From NCBI GenBank assembly GCA_050952725.1, contig JBMNLN010000001.1, positions 880,108-944,107 on the forward strand: a DNA stretch of 64,000 bases. The letters run 5' to 3'. Source of the stretch: Bacilli bacterium (GTDB lineage: Bacteria; Bacillota_I; Bacilli_A; RFN20; CAG-826). The notes under the pieces are model-generated. The model ran no database searches. It was not told the origin of the DNA and worked only from the letters and a program-made list of their open reading frames with translations. Within the stretch, counting starts at the first letter, position 1; each line of letters begins with the position of its first letter. This document shows positions 18,261 to 27,791 of this stretch, piece after piece. Position numbers and translations under genes: made by a program.

Positions 18261-20453
18261 ATGCTGATTATTGAAGTTTTAATTGAAAGAACCGCCCGCT
18301 CACTCGATCGGCCTTTTTCCTATTTGTACAAGGGAAAAGAACGAATTCAGCCAGGTATCCGCGTCTTAATCGAATTTAAGCAAAAAAAACAAGTTGGCTA
18401 TGTGTTACGGGTAGAAAAGACCCCCTTCAACGAAGAAGAACTCACCATGAAAACCGGGATTAATTATAAGTTTATCGATAAGATCATCGATCAAACTCCT
18501 TTGCTTTCTCCCGAATTGATGACTTTAGCCACCAAGGTAAGCGACTATTATCTCACCCCGCAGATTCAGACTCTGCAGACGATGCTTCCCCCTTCGCTTC
18601 GTCCGCGTTTAACCGCGCTCAAAGGTCCAAAAATCGCCTATGAACAACACCTGCTCGCGCTTGAGGAAAGCGAAGCAGATCTCACTCCGAAACAAGCGGA
18701 AATCCTTCGGTATATCATCGCCAATCCGATGGTGAAAAAACGCGATTTAAAATCCCAATTCGTGGTTAAAGCCTTAATCGATAAGTCGAAAATTAAGGTC
18801 GTTAAAAAGGAAAAGAGCCGTTTCCAATTACCAGAATATCCTGCGGCTAAAAAACCGACTTTAACCGCTGATCAAAACCGAGTCATCGCTTCTTTTTTAG
18901 CAATGGAGAAAAATGTCGCCCTTTTAGAAGGGGTGACTGGCAGCGGGAAAACCGAAGTCTATCTAGCTTTAGCCGAGCATTATCTAAAGCAGAAAAAAGG
19001 GGTCTTAATGCTCGTTTCTGAGATTGCGTTAACCCCGATGATGGTCGCGATGTTTATCAGTCGTTATGGTAAGAAGGTCGCCGTTCTTCATTCGGAGTTG
19101 ACGCCAGCGGAAAAATACGATGAATATCGCAAAGTCGCAAGTGGTCACTGCCCGATTGTCGTGGGAACCCGCTCGGCGATCTTTGCTCCAGTAAAGAACT
19201 TAGGCTTAATCATCCTCGACGAAGAACATAGTGATTCCTACAAACAAGAAACACCACCAACCTATCATGCCCGAACAGTCGCTGAATTTCGCAGCGAAAT
19301 CGAAGGGGCGAAAGTCTTACTCGGTTCGGCTACACCTTCGTTAGAAAGTAAAGCTCGCGCCTTAAAAGATGTTTATCAACCACTTTATCTATCGATGCGC
19401 ATCAATCGTCAAGAATTGCCGCAAACCGAGATTATCAATATGCTCGATTATCAAAATATCGCCGGTACATCCCTTGTCTTTTCCACGCCATTATTGCAAG
19501 AATTACAAAGGACCTTGGCCCGAAAAGAACAAGCAATTCTCCTGATCAATCGCCGGGGTTATGCAACGTATATCACCTGTCGAAAATGCGGTTATGTCTT
19601 CCGGTGTCCTTTCGATCAGACGACGCTGACCTATCACTTAGGGGAAAATATGCTTAAATGCCACCACTGTGACCATCGCGAACCGATGCCGGATGTCTGT
19701 CCTTCATGTGGCAGTCAATATATCCGCAAAACTGGCTTTGGCACGGAACTTGTCGACCGGGAAATCAACAAACTTTTCCCCCTTGCTAAAACCCTGCGCC
19801 TCGATAGTGATACCGCGAAAGATCGCGCCAAAATCGCCAAAACGGTGGAGGCCTTTCGCCAAGGTGAAGCCGATGTTTTAATCGGTACCCAAATGATTGC
19901 TAAGGGGCATGATTTTCCCAAAGTCACCTTGGTCGGCATCGTCAGTGCCGATTTAGGCTTGCTCGTTCCCTCTTATAAAAGCAGTGAACGCACTTTCCAA
20001 CTTCTGACCCAAGCCGTGGGGCGTTCGGGAAGAGCAGATCTATCTGGGAAAGCTTTCATTCAAACTAATCTCCCCACCCATTACGCGATTACCTTGGCAG
20101 CCCAACAAGACTACACCAAGTTCTTCAATCGCGAACTAATCATTCGCTCTTACGCGAGTGACCCCCCGTTTACCTATCTTTTAAAAGTCACTTTGAAGAG
20201 CAAAAATGAGGAAGTTTTACAAAGAGTTGCCCGACAACTTTATGAAGATGCGAAACAGAAGTTTCCGAAGATGAGCATTCTCGGACCAGCTTTGCCCTTT
20301 ATCTTTTATGAACGCGAATATCACGCGCGGTATCTTTTATTTAAACACGTGGGACAACCAGAATTTAAAAAACAACTCGCCGAACTGTTGCAACCGCTCA
20401 TTCACCGGAGCAATCTTCAGATAATAATCGATGTCGATGCCGAAGATATTTGA
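18261..20453 (+). CDS. priA: primosomal protein N' (replication restart helicase)
   Basis: Walker A GVTGSGKTEVY, DEEH box, and the zinc-binding cysteine cluster (CRKCGYVFRCPF...CHHCDH...CPSCGS). Length is 730 aa. Confidence 0.9.
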   Translation: MLIIEVLIERTARSLDRPFSYLYKGKERIQPGIRVLIEFKQKKQVGYVLRVEKTPFNEEELTMKTGINYKFIDKIIDQTPLLSPELMTLATKVSDYYLTPQIQTLQTMLPPSLRPRLTALKGPKIAYEQHLLALEESEADLTPKQAEILRYIIANPMVKKRDLKSQFVVKALIDKSKIKVVKKEKSRFQLPEYPAAKKPTLTADQNRVIASFLAMEKNVALLEGVTGSGKTEVYLALAEHYLKQKKGVLMLVSEIALTPMMVAMFISRYGKKVAVLHSELTPAEKYDEYRKVASGHCPIVVGTRSAIFAPVKNLGLIILDEEHSDSYKQETPPTYHARTVAEFRSEIEGAKVLLGSATPSLESKARALKDVYQPLYLSMRINRQELPQTEIINMLDYQNIAGTSLVFSTPLLQELQRTLARKEQAILLINRRGYATYITCRKCGYVFRCPFDQTTLTYHLGENMLKCHHCDHREPMPDVCPSCGSQYIRKTGFGTELVDREINKLFPLAKTLRLDSDTAKDRAKIAKTVEAFRQGEADVLIGTQMIAKGHDFPKVTLVGIVSADLGLLVPSYKSSERTFQLLTQAVGRSGRADLSGKAFIQTNLPTHYAITLAAQQDYTKFFNRELIIRSYASDPPFTYLLKVTLKSKNEEVLQRVARQLYEDAKQKFPKMSILGPALPFIFYEREYHARYLLFKHVGQPEFKKQLAELLQPLIHRSNLQIIIDVDAEDI

Positions 20454-20500
20454 TATACTGCTCACTAGGCGGTAGTTGATGAGAAAAGAGGAAAAAATCT

Positions 20501-21001
20501 ATGATTACGATTACTATCTTAGGCCTTGATCACTATGTGACTGGGGAAATCTCGAAGCAAGCGATTCCCGCGCTTAGTCAAATGCTTCGCATTCCCGAAA
20601 CCGACATCTTATTTTTTGGCCCAGAAGGCGGTCTTTATTTTCAGGGAGTCGATCAAACTTCTTGGCAAGGAGTGATCATCGTCACCCTGCCCGAAACTTT
20701 AAAAAATAAAGAACGAGATATCGCTGCTTATCTGTTGACCAGTACCAGCGATTCGCTTTTAAATTTATCGGTGGAATTCCATTATTTCGCCACGGGAAGT
20801 TACTACGAACGCGTCAATGAAGATTATCCCCGTTTCCTGCGCGAAGATGACCTCCAGCAATTGGAAGCCGATGAAGAAAACGATGATGCTGGAGTTGATG
20901 AAGAAGAACACCAAAGCGGTGAGGAAGTTTATCACGGCAACGCTTTTGCCGATTTCGAAGAAAGAGCAAGAGCAGCTGGCCACAATCTCGATGAAGATTA
21001 A
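20501..21001 (+). CDS. hypothetical protein with a strongly acidic C-terminal tail
   Basis: 166 aa with good RBS spacing (gaggaaaaaatctATG). The last ~60 aa are D/E-rich (EADEENDDAGVDEEEHQSGEE). Confidence 0.4.
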   Translation: MITITILGLDHYVTGEISKQAIPALSQMLRIPETDILFFGPEGGLYFQGVDQTSWQGVIIVTLPETLKNKERDIAAYLLTSTSDSLLNLSVEFHYFATGSYYERVNEDYPRFLREDDLQQLEADEENDDAGVDEEEHQSGEEVYHGNAFADFEERARAAGHNLDED

Positions 21002-21061
21002 CGGGACATCCCCGCGATTTTTCCAGTAACAAAAGCGATTGGTAATAAACCTAATTTGCAC

Positions 21062-21095
21062 GAGGAACTGCATGAAAACACAGTTCCTTTTTCTT
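21062..21095 (+). terminator. Rho-independent terminator separating the acidic-protein gene from the rsmB-like gene
   Basis: Stem gaggaactg-catgaaaaca-cagttcct followed by TTTTTCTTT. Confidence 0.5.
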
Positions 21096-21139
21096 TACCC
21101 CATATCACTATCAATGGTAATATTAAATAAAGGTACGCG

Positions 21140-22438
21140 ATGATGAACTATTTAGAAGCCGCCCTCGAAATCAGCCGTTCGGTTTATCGCTCCCACCTTT
21201 CCTTAGCCAGTGTGGGACGAAACTTTTTTGCGCAGCAGCAGTTCACCAAAGAAGAGCAAAAACAAATCAATGGTTTAATCTCGTGTGAGATGCATCATCA
21301 TCTAGCGATTATCGATACTTTAGCCCGTGAAGACATCACAGTTGATGCGGATTTAGAACCAATCTTGTGGCATCTGCTAGCGAATGCGGCTTGTTACCAT
21401 CACTTTCCTCAAGCAGAAATGCTGGCGCTGGCGGGAGAGTTGTTCACCCAAAAGGAAAGTGCATTTCCTGAAGCAGAGCTGCGCGAATTACTCAAGCGCA
21501 TCGATGAACCGAAAGATTTAATTGCACCCGAATATGAAGAAGATAGCAGCGAATATCTCGGGTTGCGGTATAATACCCCGCTTTGGCTGGTGAAGATGTG
21601 GCGAAAACATCTTGGGTCCAAGGTGGCGAGTAAACTCCTCCATGCCAATCGCCGCCGCATGCAGCAAATTGTCCGGATCAATCCGATGCAGCCCAAGCAA
21701 AAGCGCGAAATTCTCGCATTCGATCAAGATTTTATAGAAGGACCAGCCGATAATACTTTAATCTATCGCGCTCGGGCTAATGTTAAACGACATCCGCTTT
21801 TCCTAGAAAAAGCGATTTTCCAGCAACGCGGAGCGATTTCGCACATCTTGAGTGAACTGGACTATACTTTGCTGGGCAATTGCTTAATCTATGAAGAGCG
21901 ACCCCAGGCGGTTTATCTCGATGTCGCCCTTTATTCACTCGGAAAATTGAAGATGGATGTCGCGGTCAGCAATGAGCGGCGCCGTTTAGATATCAACAAG
22001 ACGAGCGAAGCCTTTGGTTTAAAAAATGTCTTTGCTTTTGTCTCGCGACCAGAATCATTAATCACCCAGATTCGCGATGAATATCATTTAGTCATCGTGA
22101 TGCCCAGCAATTCTGCGTTTGATTTAATCCGCACGGTTCCGGATTTCTTCGTTCATTTCGAGCAAAGTCAGTTAGATCATTATTTAACTTTACAAAACCG
22201 AGCTTTGGAAGAATGCCGTCATTTTCTCGCTCCGGGGGGAAAAATGCTCTATTTAATCAATACGGTTTCCCAAAAAGAAGGACATGGAATCATCGTGGAA
22301 TTCTTAAAACAGCATCGCGATTTGCACTTGATCAAAGAACGGCAATTTCTTCCATTTGATCGCTTTAACACCGCCCTTTATGTGGCGATTTTAGAAAGAG
22401 AAACTAGCGCAGAAGACCATGAAGATCAACCTCTATGA
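21140..22438 (+). CDS. RsmB/Sun-family (NusB-N plus Rossmann) protein with degenerate active site
   Basis: It occupies the conserved priA...rsmB-rlmN position. The C-terminal LAPGGKMLYLINTVSQKEGHGIIVEFLKQH aligns to RsmB motif VI (LKPGG.LVYSTCS...ENE), but TCS is replaced by NTV. The motif IV DAPCSG position reads VMPSNSAF, and no DxCAAPGGK SAM motif is present. Confidence 0.55.
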   Translation: MMNYLEAALEISRSVYRSHLSLASVGRNFFAQQQFTKEEQKQINGLISCEMHHHLAIIDTLAREDITVDADLEPILWHLLANAACYHHFPQAEMLALAGELFTQKESAFPEAELRELLKRIDEPKDLIAPEYEEDSSEYLGLRYNTPLWLVKMWRKHLGSKVASKLLHANRRRMQQIVRINPMQPKQKREILAFDQDFIEGPADNTLIYRARANVKRHPLFLEKAIFQQRGAISHILSELDYTLLGNCLIYEERPQAVYLDVALYSLGKLKMDVAVSNERRRLDINKTSEAFGLKNVFAFVSRPESLITQIRDEYHLVIVMPSNSAFDLIRTVPDFFVHFEQSQLDHYLTLQNRALEECRHFLAPGGKMLYLINTVSQKEGHGIIVEFLKQHRDLHLIKERQFLPFDRFNTALYVAILERETSAEDHEDQPL

Positions 22439-23465
22439 TTATGATCGCGCTAGTTTGACTGAGCATTTAACTAACCTTGGTCAAAAGCCGTTTCGCAGCA
22501 TTCAACTCTTCAAGTGGATCTATCAAAAACAGATGGATGATTTTAATTTAATGAGCGATATTTCGGTCGCTTTTCGCGAGAAATTACTTGCCGATTATGC
22601 GTTGATTCTTCCCGAGATTAAAACCTTGCAAAACAGTGAAGACGGGACGATGAAGCTGCTTTTAACCCTCGAGGATGGCGCGGCGATTGAGAGCGTGTTA
22701 ATGCGTTATAACTATGGCAATGTCGCCTGTGTTTCCAGCCAAGTCGGTTGCAATATGGGATGTAAATTCTGCGCTTCTGGTTTGCTCAAAAAGCAGCGAA
22801 ACTTAACCACCGCTGAGATGGTCGGACAAGTTCTCGTGCTCAATCGATTGCTCGCGAGGGAGAAAACCCCAGCACGCGTCACTCATGTCGTGGTGATGGG
22901 CACGGGCGAACCCTTTGATAATTACGAAAATGTGATGCGGTTTATTCGGCTGATCAATGATCCCCATGCTTTGAGTATCGGCGCTCGGCATATCACCGTT
23001 TCCACCTGTGGTATTCCCGAAAAGATTCGCCGCTATGGCCGAGAAGGTCTGCAGGTTAATTTGGCGATTTCCTTGCATGCTGCCAACGATGAACTACGCG
23101 ATCAAATTATGCCGATTAATCGCGCTTATCCTTTGAAAAAACTCATTGATGCCATCTTAGATTATGAGAAAAATGCTGGTCGGCGCATCACTTTTGAATA
23201 TATTCTGCTCGCGGGAGTCAATGATTCTTTACACGATGCGGATGCGCTGGCCCAATTGATTAAACCGACCTTCGCTTATGTCAATTTAATCCCCTATAAC
23301 GAAGTTGCGGAAATTCCCTTTCGGCGCTCGGCCGAAGCAGTGGTCACCGCCTTCTTTGACCGATTAAAAAAACGGGGAGTGAATGTGACGATTCGGCGTG
23401 AATTCGGGGCCGATATCGATGCTGCCTGTGGGCAACTGCGCGCGCAGGAGGAGGGCGAAAAATGA
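22419..23465 (+). CDS. rlmN: 23S rRNA/tRNA A2503 C2-methyltransferase (radical SAM)
   Basis: CNMGCKFCASG radical-SAM cluster motif plus the downstream RlmN/Cfr pattern (GEPFDNYENV, TVSTCGIP). Confidence 0.9.
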   Translation: MKINLYDYDRASLTEHLTNLGQKPFRSIQLFKWIYQKQMDDFNLMSDISVAFREKLLADYALILPEIKTLQNSEDGTMKLLLTLEDGAAIESVLMRYNYGNVACVSSQVGCNMGCKFCASGLLKKQRNLTTAEMVGQVLVLNRLLAREKTPARVTHVVVMGTGEPFDNYENVMRFIRLINDPHALSIGARHITVSTCGIPEKIRRYGREGLQVNLAISLHAANDELRDQIMPINRAYPLKKLIDAILDYEKNAGRRITFEYILLAGVNDSLHDADALAQLIKPTFAYVNLIPYNEVAEIPFRRSAEAVVTAFFDRLKKRGVNVTIRREFGADIDAACGQLRAQEEGEK

Positions 23466-24205
23466 AGTTAATTGGTAATTATTACACGCAAGTTGATCGC
23501 GGGTTGGAACGCAAAACCAACGAGGACTTTGCCGTGATTTTAACTAATTCCCGTGGCGATTTACTCTTGCTTGTCGCCGATGGGATGGGCGGACATGTCC
23601 AAGGGAATTTAGCGGCCAAAATCGCCATTGATACTCTGGCGCAAGCCTTTAAAAGGAAAAGCCGTTTTTGGGGCAAGAATGCTCCAGGGCGGTGGTTGAG
23701 CAAATTCGTGCGTATCGCCAATGCTGAAATTCATCGCGAAGCGGAGAATAATCCCGAATATCGCCAGATGGGAACGACCCTAGTGGCGGCGATTATTCGC
23801 CCGAGGGATTTAACCATTGTCAATGTTGGCGATTCCCGGGCTTACTGGCTCAACCAGGGCAAATTAGAAATGCTCACCGAAGACCAGACTCTGGTTGCCT
23901 ATTTAGCCAAAACGGGTCAAATTAAACCCGAAGAAAAGAAGACCCATCCCCGCCGCCATGTGCTGATTAACGCCCTAGGGGTGGCCCCTTCGGTCAGCCT
24001 TGATCTATTCCGTTTTCCTTATCATGATCAAGATGTGCTGTTGTGCTCGGATGGACTTTATAATCTGGTCAATGATCAAGAGATCGAAGCAGTGCTTTTA
24101 ACCTCGGATTCCGTCGAAGAAAAAGCCGCCTTACTGGTGACCAATGCGAATAAAAATGGCGGGCTTGATAATATTGCAATCGCCCTGTGGGAGCGGGAAT
24201 TATGA
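23462..24205 (+). CDS. stp: PP2C-family Ser/Thr phosphatase
   Basis: LLLVADGMGGH motif I, ~247 aa, paired with a downstream kinase as in the stp-prkC operon. Confidence 0.85.
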   Translation: MKLIGNYYTQVDRGLERKTNEDFAVILTNSRGDLLLLVADGMGGHVQGNLAAKIAIDTLAQAFKRKSRFWGKNAPGRWLSKFVRIANAEIHREAENNPEYRQMGTTLVAAIIRPRDLTIVNVGDSRAYWLNQGKLEMLTEDQTLVAYLAKTGQIKPEEKKTHPRRHVLINALGVAPSVSLDLFRFPYHDQDVLLCSDGLYNLVNDQEIEAVLLTSDSVEEKAALLVTNANKNGGLDNIAIALWEREL

Positions 24206-25089
24206 GACCGCTTGGTCAAGTCATCGATGAACGCTATCGGATTACCGCCTTTTTGGGCGCCGGGGGTATGGCGGAAGTCTATGAAGCCAAAGATATCATC
24301 ATGCGCCGTTTGGTCGCGGTCAAAATCATCAAAGATGAAGTGCTGCATCACCCGCAAAATGTGATGCGGTTTGAACGCGAAGCACGGGCGGCGGCTTCCC
24401 TCGATCATCCCAACATTGTCGCTGTGTTAAATCTTGGCAAAGATCAAGGGCACCCCTATATGGTCAATGAATTAATCAACGGCATTAATCTTGCGACCTC
24501 CTTAGAAATTCGCACCCGTTTTACTTATGTCGAAGTTCTCGACATCATCAATCAATTATGTAATGCGGTAATCGCCGCGCATGAAAATGGGGTGATTCAT
24601 CGCGATATCAAACCAGCCAATATTTATATGACCCCGGCGGGTATTTTAAAATTAGGGGATTTTGGCATCGCCCACATCGTCAGTTCCCCCCGGATGACTT
24701 CCTCGCAAGATATCATCGGTTCGGCTCACTATCTGGCTCCCGAGGTTTCCCAAGGAAAATCCTCTTCGGTGCTCAGCGATATCTATGCGATGGGGATTAC
24801 CTTATTCGAACTCGCCACTGGTCATCTCCCGTTTGAAGGGGAAACGAATATCGCTATCGCAGTCAAACATATCAAAGAGCGCTTCCCCAGTCCGAGAAAA
24901 TTCATCCCTACTTTTCCGAAAGCATTAGAGAAGATTATCCTCAAAGCTTGTAAGAAAAATCCCCGCGATCGCTATCAATCGGTGCGCGCCTTGCAAAAGG
25001 AGATCCAAACGCTGATGGAAAATCCTGACTTACTCAAGCCAAGACAATCATTTCTCGTGCGGTTTTTTGGCTTTGCCACTGAAGAATGA
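24202..25089 (+). CDS. Hanks-type Ser/Thr protein kinase, kinase domain only
   Basis: Subdomain motifs are all present: GAGGMAEVY...AVKII (ATP-binding Lys), HRDIKPANI, DFG, APE. Length is ~295 aa with no TM or PASTA repeats. The start is at the ATG with a GGAG RBS. The ORF-track GTG start at 24187 would overlap stp. Confidence 0.8.
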   Translation: MRPLGQVIDERYRITAFLGAGGMAEVYEAKDIIMRRLVAVKIIKDEVLHHPQNVMRFEREARAAASLDHPNIVAVLNLGKDQGHPYMVNELINGINLATSLEIRTRFTYVEVLDIINQLCNAVIAAHENGVIHRDIKPANIYMTPAGILKLGDFGIAHIVSSPRMTSSQDIIGSAHYLAPEVSQGKSSSVLSDIYAMGITLFELATGHLPFEGETNIAIAVKHIKERFPSPRKFIPTFPKALEKIILKACKKNPRDRYQSVRALQKEIQTLMENPDLLKPRQSFLVRFFGFATEE

Positions 25090-25132
25090 GTTATAATATA
25101 AAAAGAACATCACCAATTTGAGGAGGTGCCCT

Positions 25133-25798
25133 ATGGCTCGGAAAGTATTGATTGCTCCCTCGCTCCTGGCGGCGGATTTTACCCAGTTAGCCGTTGAGAT
25201 TCAACGCGTGCAAGATGCGGGGCTTTCCTATCTGCATTTTGATGTGATGGATGGTCATTTTGTCCCCAATATCAGCTTTGGTATTCCGGTTTTAAAAGCG
25301 GTGAAAAGCCTGCAAACGGGCCTTATTTTAGATGTCCATTTGATGATTACGCATCCCGAAAGGTATGCGGAAGCCTTTATTCAAGCCGGCGCGGATATCA
25401 TCACCTTTCATGTGGAGACGATTCCGCATCTTGAGGGTTTTTTAGCGTTAGTGGCCCTGATTAGAAAACATGGCGCGCAGGTGGGCTTGTCGCTAAGACC
25501 CGCGACTCCGATTAGCGCGCTTGAACCATATCTCGCCGATCTCGATTTAGTGTTGGTGATGAGTGTCGAACCCGGGTTTGGCGGTCAAAGTTTTCTCCCG
25601 GCAACTTTAATGAAAATTGAAGAACTGGTAAAAATTCGCACCGCACAACATCTCAATTTTCTCATTGAAGTCGATGGGGGAATTAATGAATTGACAGGGG
25701 CGAAAGCCATAGAAGCTGGGGCCGATCTCCTCGTCGCTGGCTCATATTTATTTGGACAACAAGACTTTAACAAGCGCGTGGAGAAATTAAAAAGATGA
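25133..25798 (+). CDS. rpe: ribulose-phosphate 3-epimerase
   Basis: LLAADFTQLAVE...HFDVMDGHFVPNISFG and VMSVEPGFGGQ motifs. The start is at MARKVLIAPS with a GGAGG RBS. Confidence 0.9.
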   Translation: MARKVLIAPSLLAADFTQLAVEIQRVQDAGLSYLHFDVMDGHFVPNISFGIPVLKAVKSLQTGLILDVHLMITHPERYAEAFIQAGADIITFHVETIPHLEGFLALVALIRKHGAQVGLSLRPATPISALEPYLADLDLVLVMSVEPGFGGQSFLPATLMKIEELVKIRTAQHLNFLIEVDGGINELTGAKAIEAGADLLVAGSYLFGQQDFNKRVEKLKR

Positions 25799-26457
25799 TC
25801 AATAACGCCACCTCAACTGGATTATTTATCGCTGTCTTTCTCTTTTTGATGATCGACCTCTTTGCCAGTTATGAAAGTTTCCGCAGACAGCAATCCCTGC
25901 CCTTTAACTTTTGGAATTCCCTGCCCTTTGAACTCTCGCAAGGGGCAGACAAAAACTTTCGTCCACTTCATTACGGTTTAATCTTTCTCACTTTTGGCAG
26001 TTTTATCCTCTTTCCTTTTGTCGTTTTACCAGCCAGTGCTGCTAATTTCTATTATTCAATCATCATCTACGTGATGATGACGATTTCCGGCTTAGTTATG
26101 TCCTCCTTGTTTATCATCAACATGAATAACTATCGCTTGCATATTCTGGCGGTGGCGATTCTTTTTGCCTCGACCATTGGCGAAGCGGTCGGACTTTGTC
26201 TTTATCTATTAAAATCCCCCTTTGGTCCCTATCCCCAGATTTTAGGTTTTCTCGCCTTAATTCCGGGAATTCTTACCTTGTTATTGGCCTTTAATCCGCG
26301 CCTGAGCAAGTGGCCGATTATGGATAAGCGCGAACTCCAAGATGGGACGATCCAAATCCTGCGACCCAAGCGTTTTGTCCTAGCCTATACCGAATGGGCC
26401 TTAATCATTCTCAATCTCGCCTTTTTGCTCTATTTCTTCATCGTCACCGTGATTTAA
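25795..26457 (+). CDS. integral membrane protein of unknown function (about 6 TM)
   Basis: 220 aa, hydrophobic throughout, start overlaps the rpe stop (ATGA). I recognise no motif. Confidence 0.4.
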   Translation: MINNATSTGLFIAVFLFLMIDLFASYESFRRQQSLPFNFWNSLPFELSQGADKNFRPLHYGLIFLTFGSFILFPFVVLPASAANFYYSIIIYVMMTISGLVMSSLFIINMNNYRLHILAVAILFASTIGEAVGLCLYLLKSPFGPYPQILGFLALIPGILTLLLAFNPRLSKWPIMDKRELQDGTIQILRPKRFVLAYTEWALIILNLAFLLYFFIVTVI

Positions 26458-26484
26458 TTTCGCTAACTAGGAGGGGGAACATCG

Positions 26485-27441
26485 ATGATTACAATCTATC
26501 GTCAAGTCGAGGGAAATTCAGTCGCCGAAAGCGGCGATATTTCTTTGTTGGAAAATCTTACTCCAGGAGTTTGGATCGATGTGATCGCTCCTTCCTATGA
26601 GGACTTAATCGCCCTGTCGAAGGCGACTAACATCAATCAAGAACTGCTCTTAACCACCCTCGATAGCGAGGAGAGTTCCCACATTGAATCCGAAGGGGAT
26701 GATTTACTCATCGTCCTCGATGCTCCAATTGTCGTCGATCATCCCGGGGCTAAATATGAGACGATTCCAATTTCTATCGCCTATAACGATGATTATCTAG
26801 TGACGATTACGGTAGCGGATAAGCAGATTGCGCCGATGAACCTCGCCAAAAACCGCAAGTTTAATCCTGCTAGTCACACGCGTTTTACTTTAATGGTCTT
26901 CAATCACCTCGCCGCCTTATATATTAATTATCTGAAAAAAATCGAAGCCAAAACCCGCGCGATTTCCATTCGTTTGCGTTCATCATATAAAAATAAGGAG
27001 TTGTATGAACTGCTCGATTTTTCGACGACCATGGTCTATTTTTCCACCTCGATTAACGCTGATATCGCCACCTTAATGCAGTTAAAGCGCTTGCCTAGTT
27101 ATAAAAAAGAGGTGGAAATCGATCTGATTGAAGACGTGGAGATTGAATTAAATCAAGCCCGCGACATGGCCACGGTCTATCGCGATGTCCTCTCGGGCAC
27201 AATGGATGCGTTTGCTTCGGTTATCTCTAACAATTTAAACATCGTGATGAAGACTTTTGCCATCGTTTCAATTGTCTTATCCGTTCCTTCGATCATCTCG
27301 GGAATTTATGGGATGAACGTCACTTTACCCCTGAGTGAAAATCGCGCTGCTATTTGGATTTTACTTGCTATTTCTGGCGTGCTGGCCCTCATTGCCGGCT
27401 TGGCCCTGTTCCTCTATCAGTGGATCATTCGTCGCAAATAA
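26485..27441 (+). CDS. corA: CorA-family magnesium/cobalt transporter
   Basis: 318 aa with two C-terminal TM helices and the GMN signature (SGIYGMNVTLP). Confidence 0.7.
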   Translation: MITIYRQVEGNSVAESGDISLLENLTPGVWIDVIAPSYEDLIALSKATNINQELLLTTLDSEESSHIESEGDDLLIVLDAPIVVDHPGAKYETIPISIAYNDDYLVTITVADKQIAPMNLAKNRKFNPASHTRFTLMVFNHLAALYINYLKKIEAKTRAISIRLRSSYKNKELYELLDFSTTMVYFSTSINADIATLMQLKRLPSYKKEVEIDLIEDVEIELNQARDMATVYRDVLSGTMDAFASVISNNLNIVMKTFAIVSIVLSVPSIISGIYGMNVTLPLSENRAAIWILLAISGVLALIAGLALFLYQWIIRRK

Positions 27442-27470
27442 CTTCTCCAATTGTCTCAAGATAAAAAAAA

Positions 27471-27503
27471 CTGCTTTCTTCAGAGAGAGAGCAGACTTTT
27501 TTT
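27471..27503. terminator. bidirectional Rho-independent terminator between corA and rpmB
   Basis: Stem ctgctttct/agagagcag (one G-U pair) flanked by an A-run and a T-run. Confidence 0.45.
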
Positions 27504-27533
27504 AGTGATGATCTCGTTTGGAAAAACGCCTGA

Positions 27534-27722
27534 TTATCGCTTGGTTTTATTCAAAGTGCGATAAGCACGTGCAGACATGCGGACGGTGCGCACTTGCCCG
27601 TCAACATTGATCTTAAACGGCTGTAAATTCACATTCCAACTCCGCCGGGTTGCCCGTAGAGAGTGAGAGCGATTATTGCCGCTGATACGACGTTTTCCGG
27701 TCATCGGACAAACTCTTGCCAT
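27534..27722 (-). CDS. rpmB: 50S ribosomal protein L28
   Basis: MARVCPMTGKRRISGNNRSHSLRATRRSWNVNLQ is the canonical L28 sequence, 62 aa. The ORF-track start at 27770 is an upstream in-frame extension. Confidence 0.85.
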   Translation of the reverse strand: MARVCPMTGKRRISGNNRSHSLRATRRSWNVNLQPFKINVDGQVRTVRMSARAYRTLNKTKR

Positions 27723-27791
27723 CTTGCCACCTCCTCGATGTTTAATGCTTTTTGATATTATCACAATCAAAGTTTAAGAGCAAGAGTTAGC

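Noticed and set aside
24187-24201. GTG start at 24187 for the Ser/Thr kinase.
   Set aside because: It would overlap stp by 19 nt and lacks an RBS. The ATG at 24202 has a GGAG RBS.
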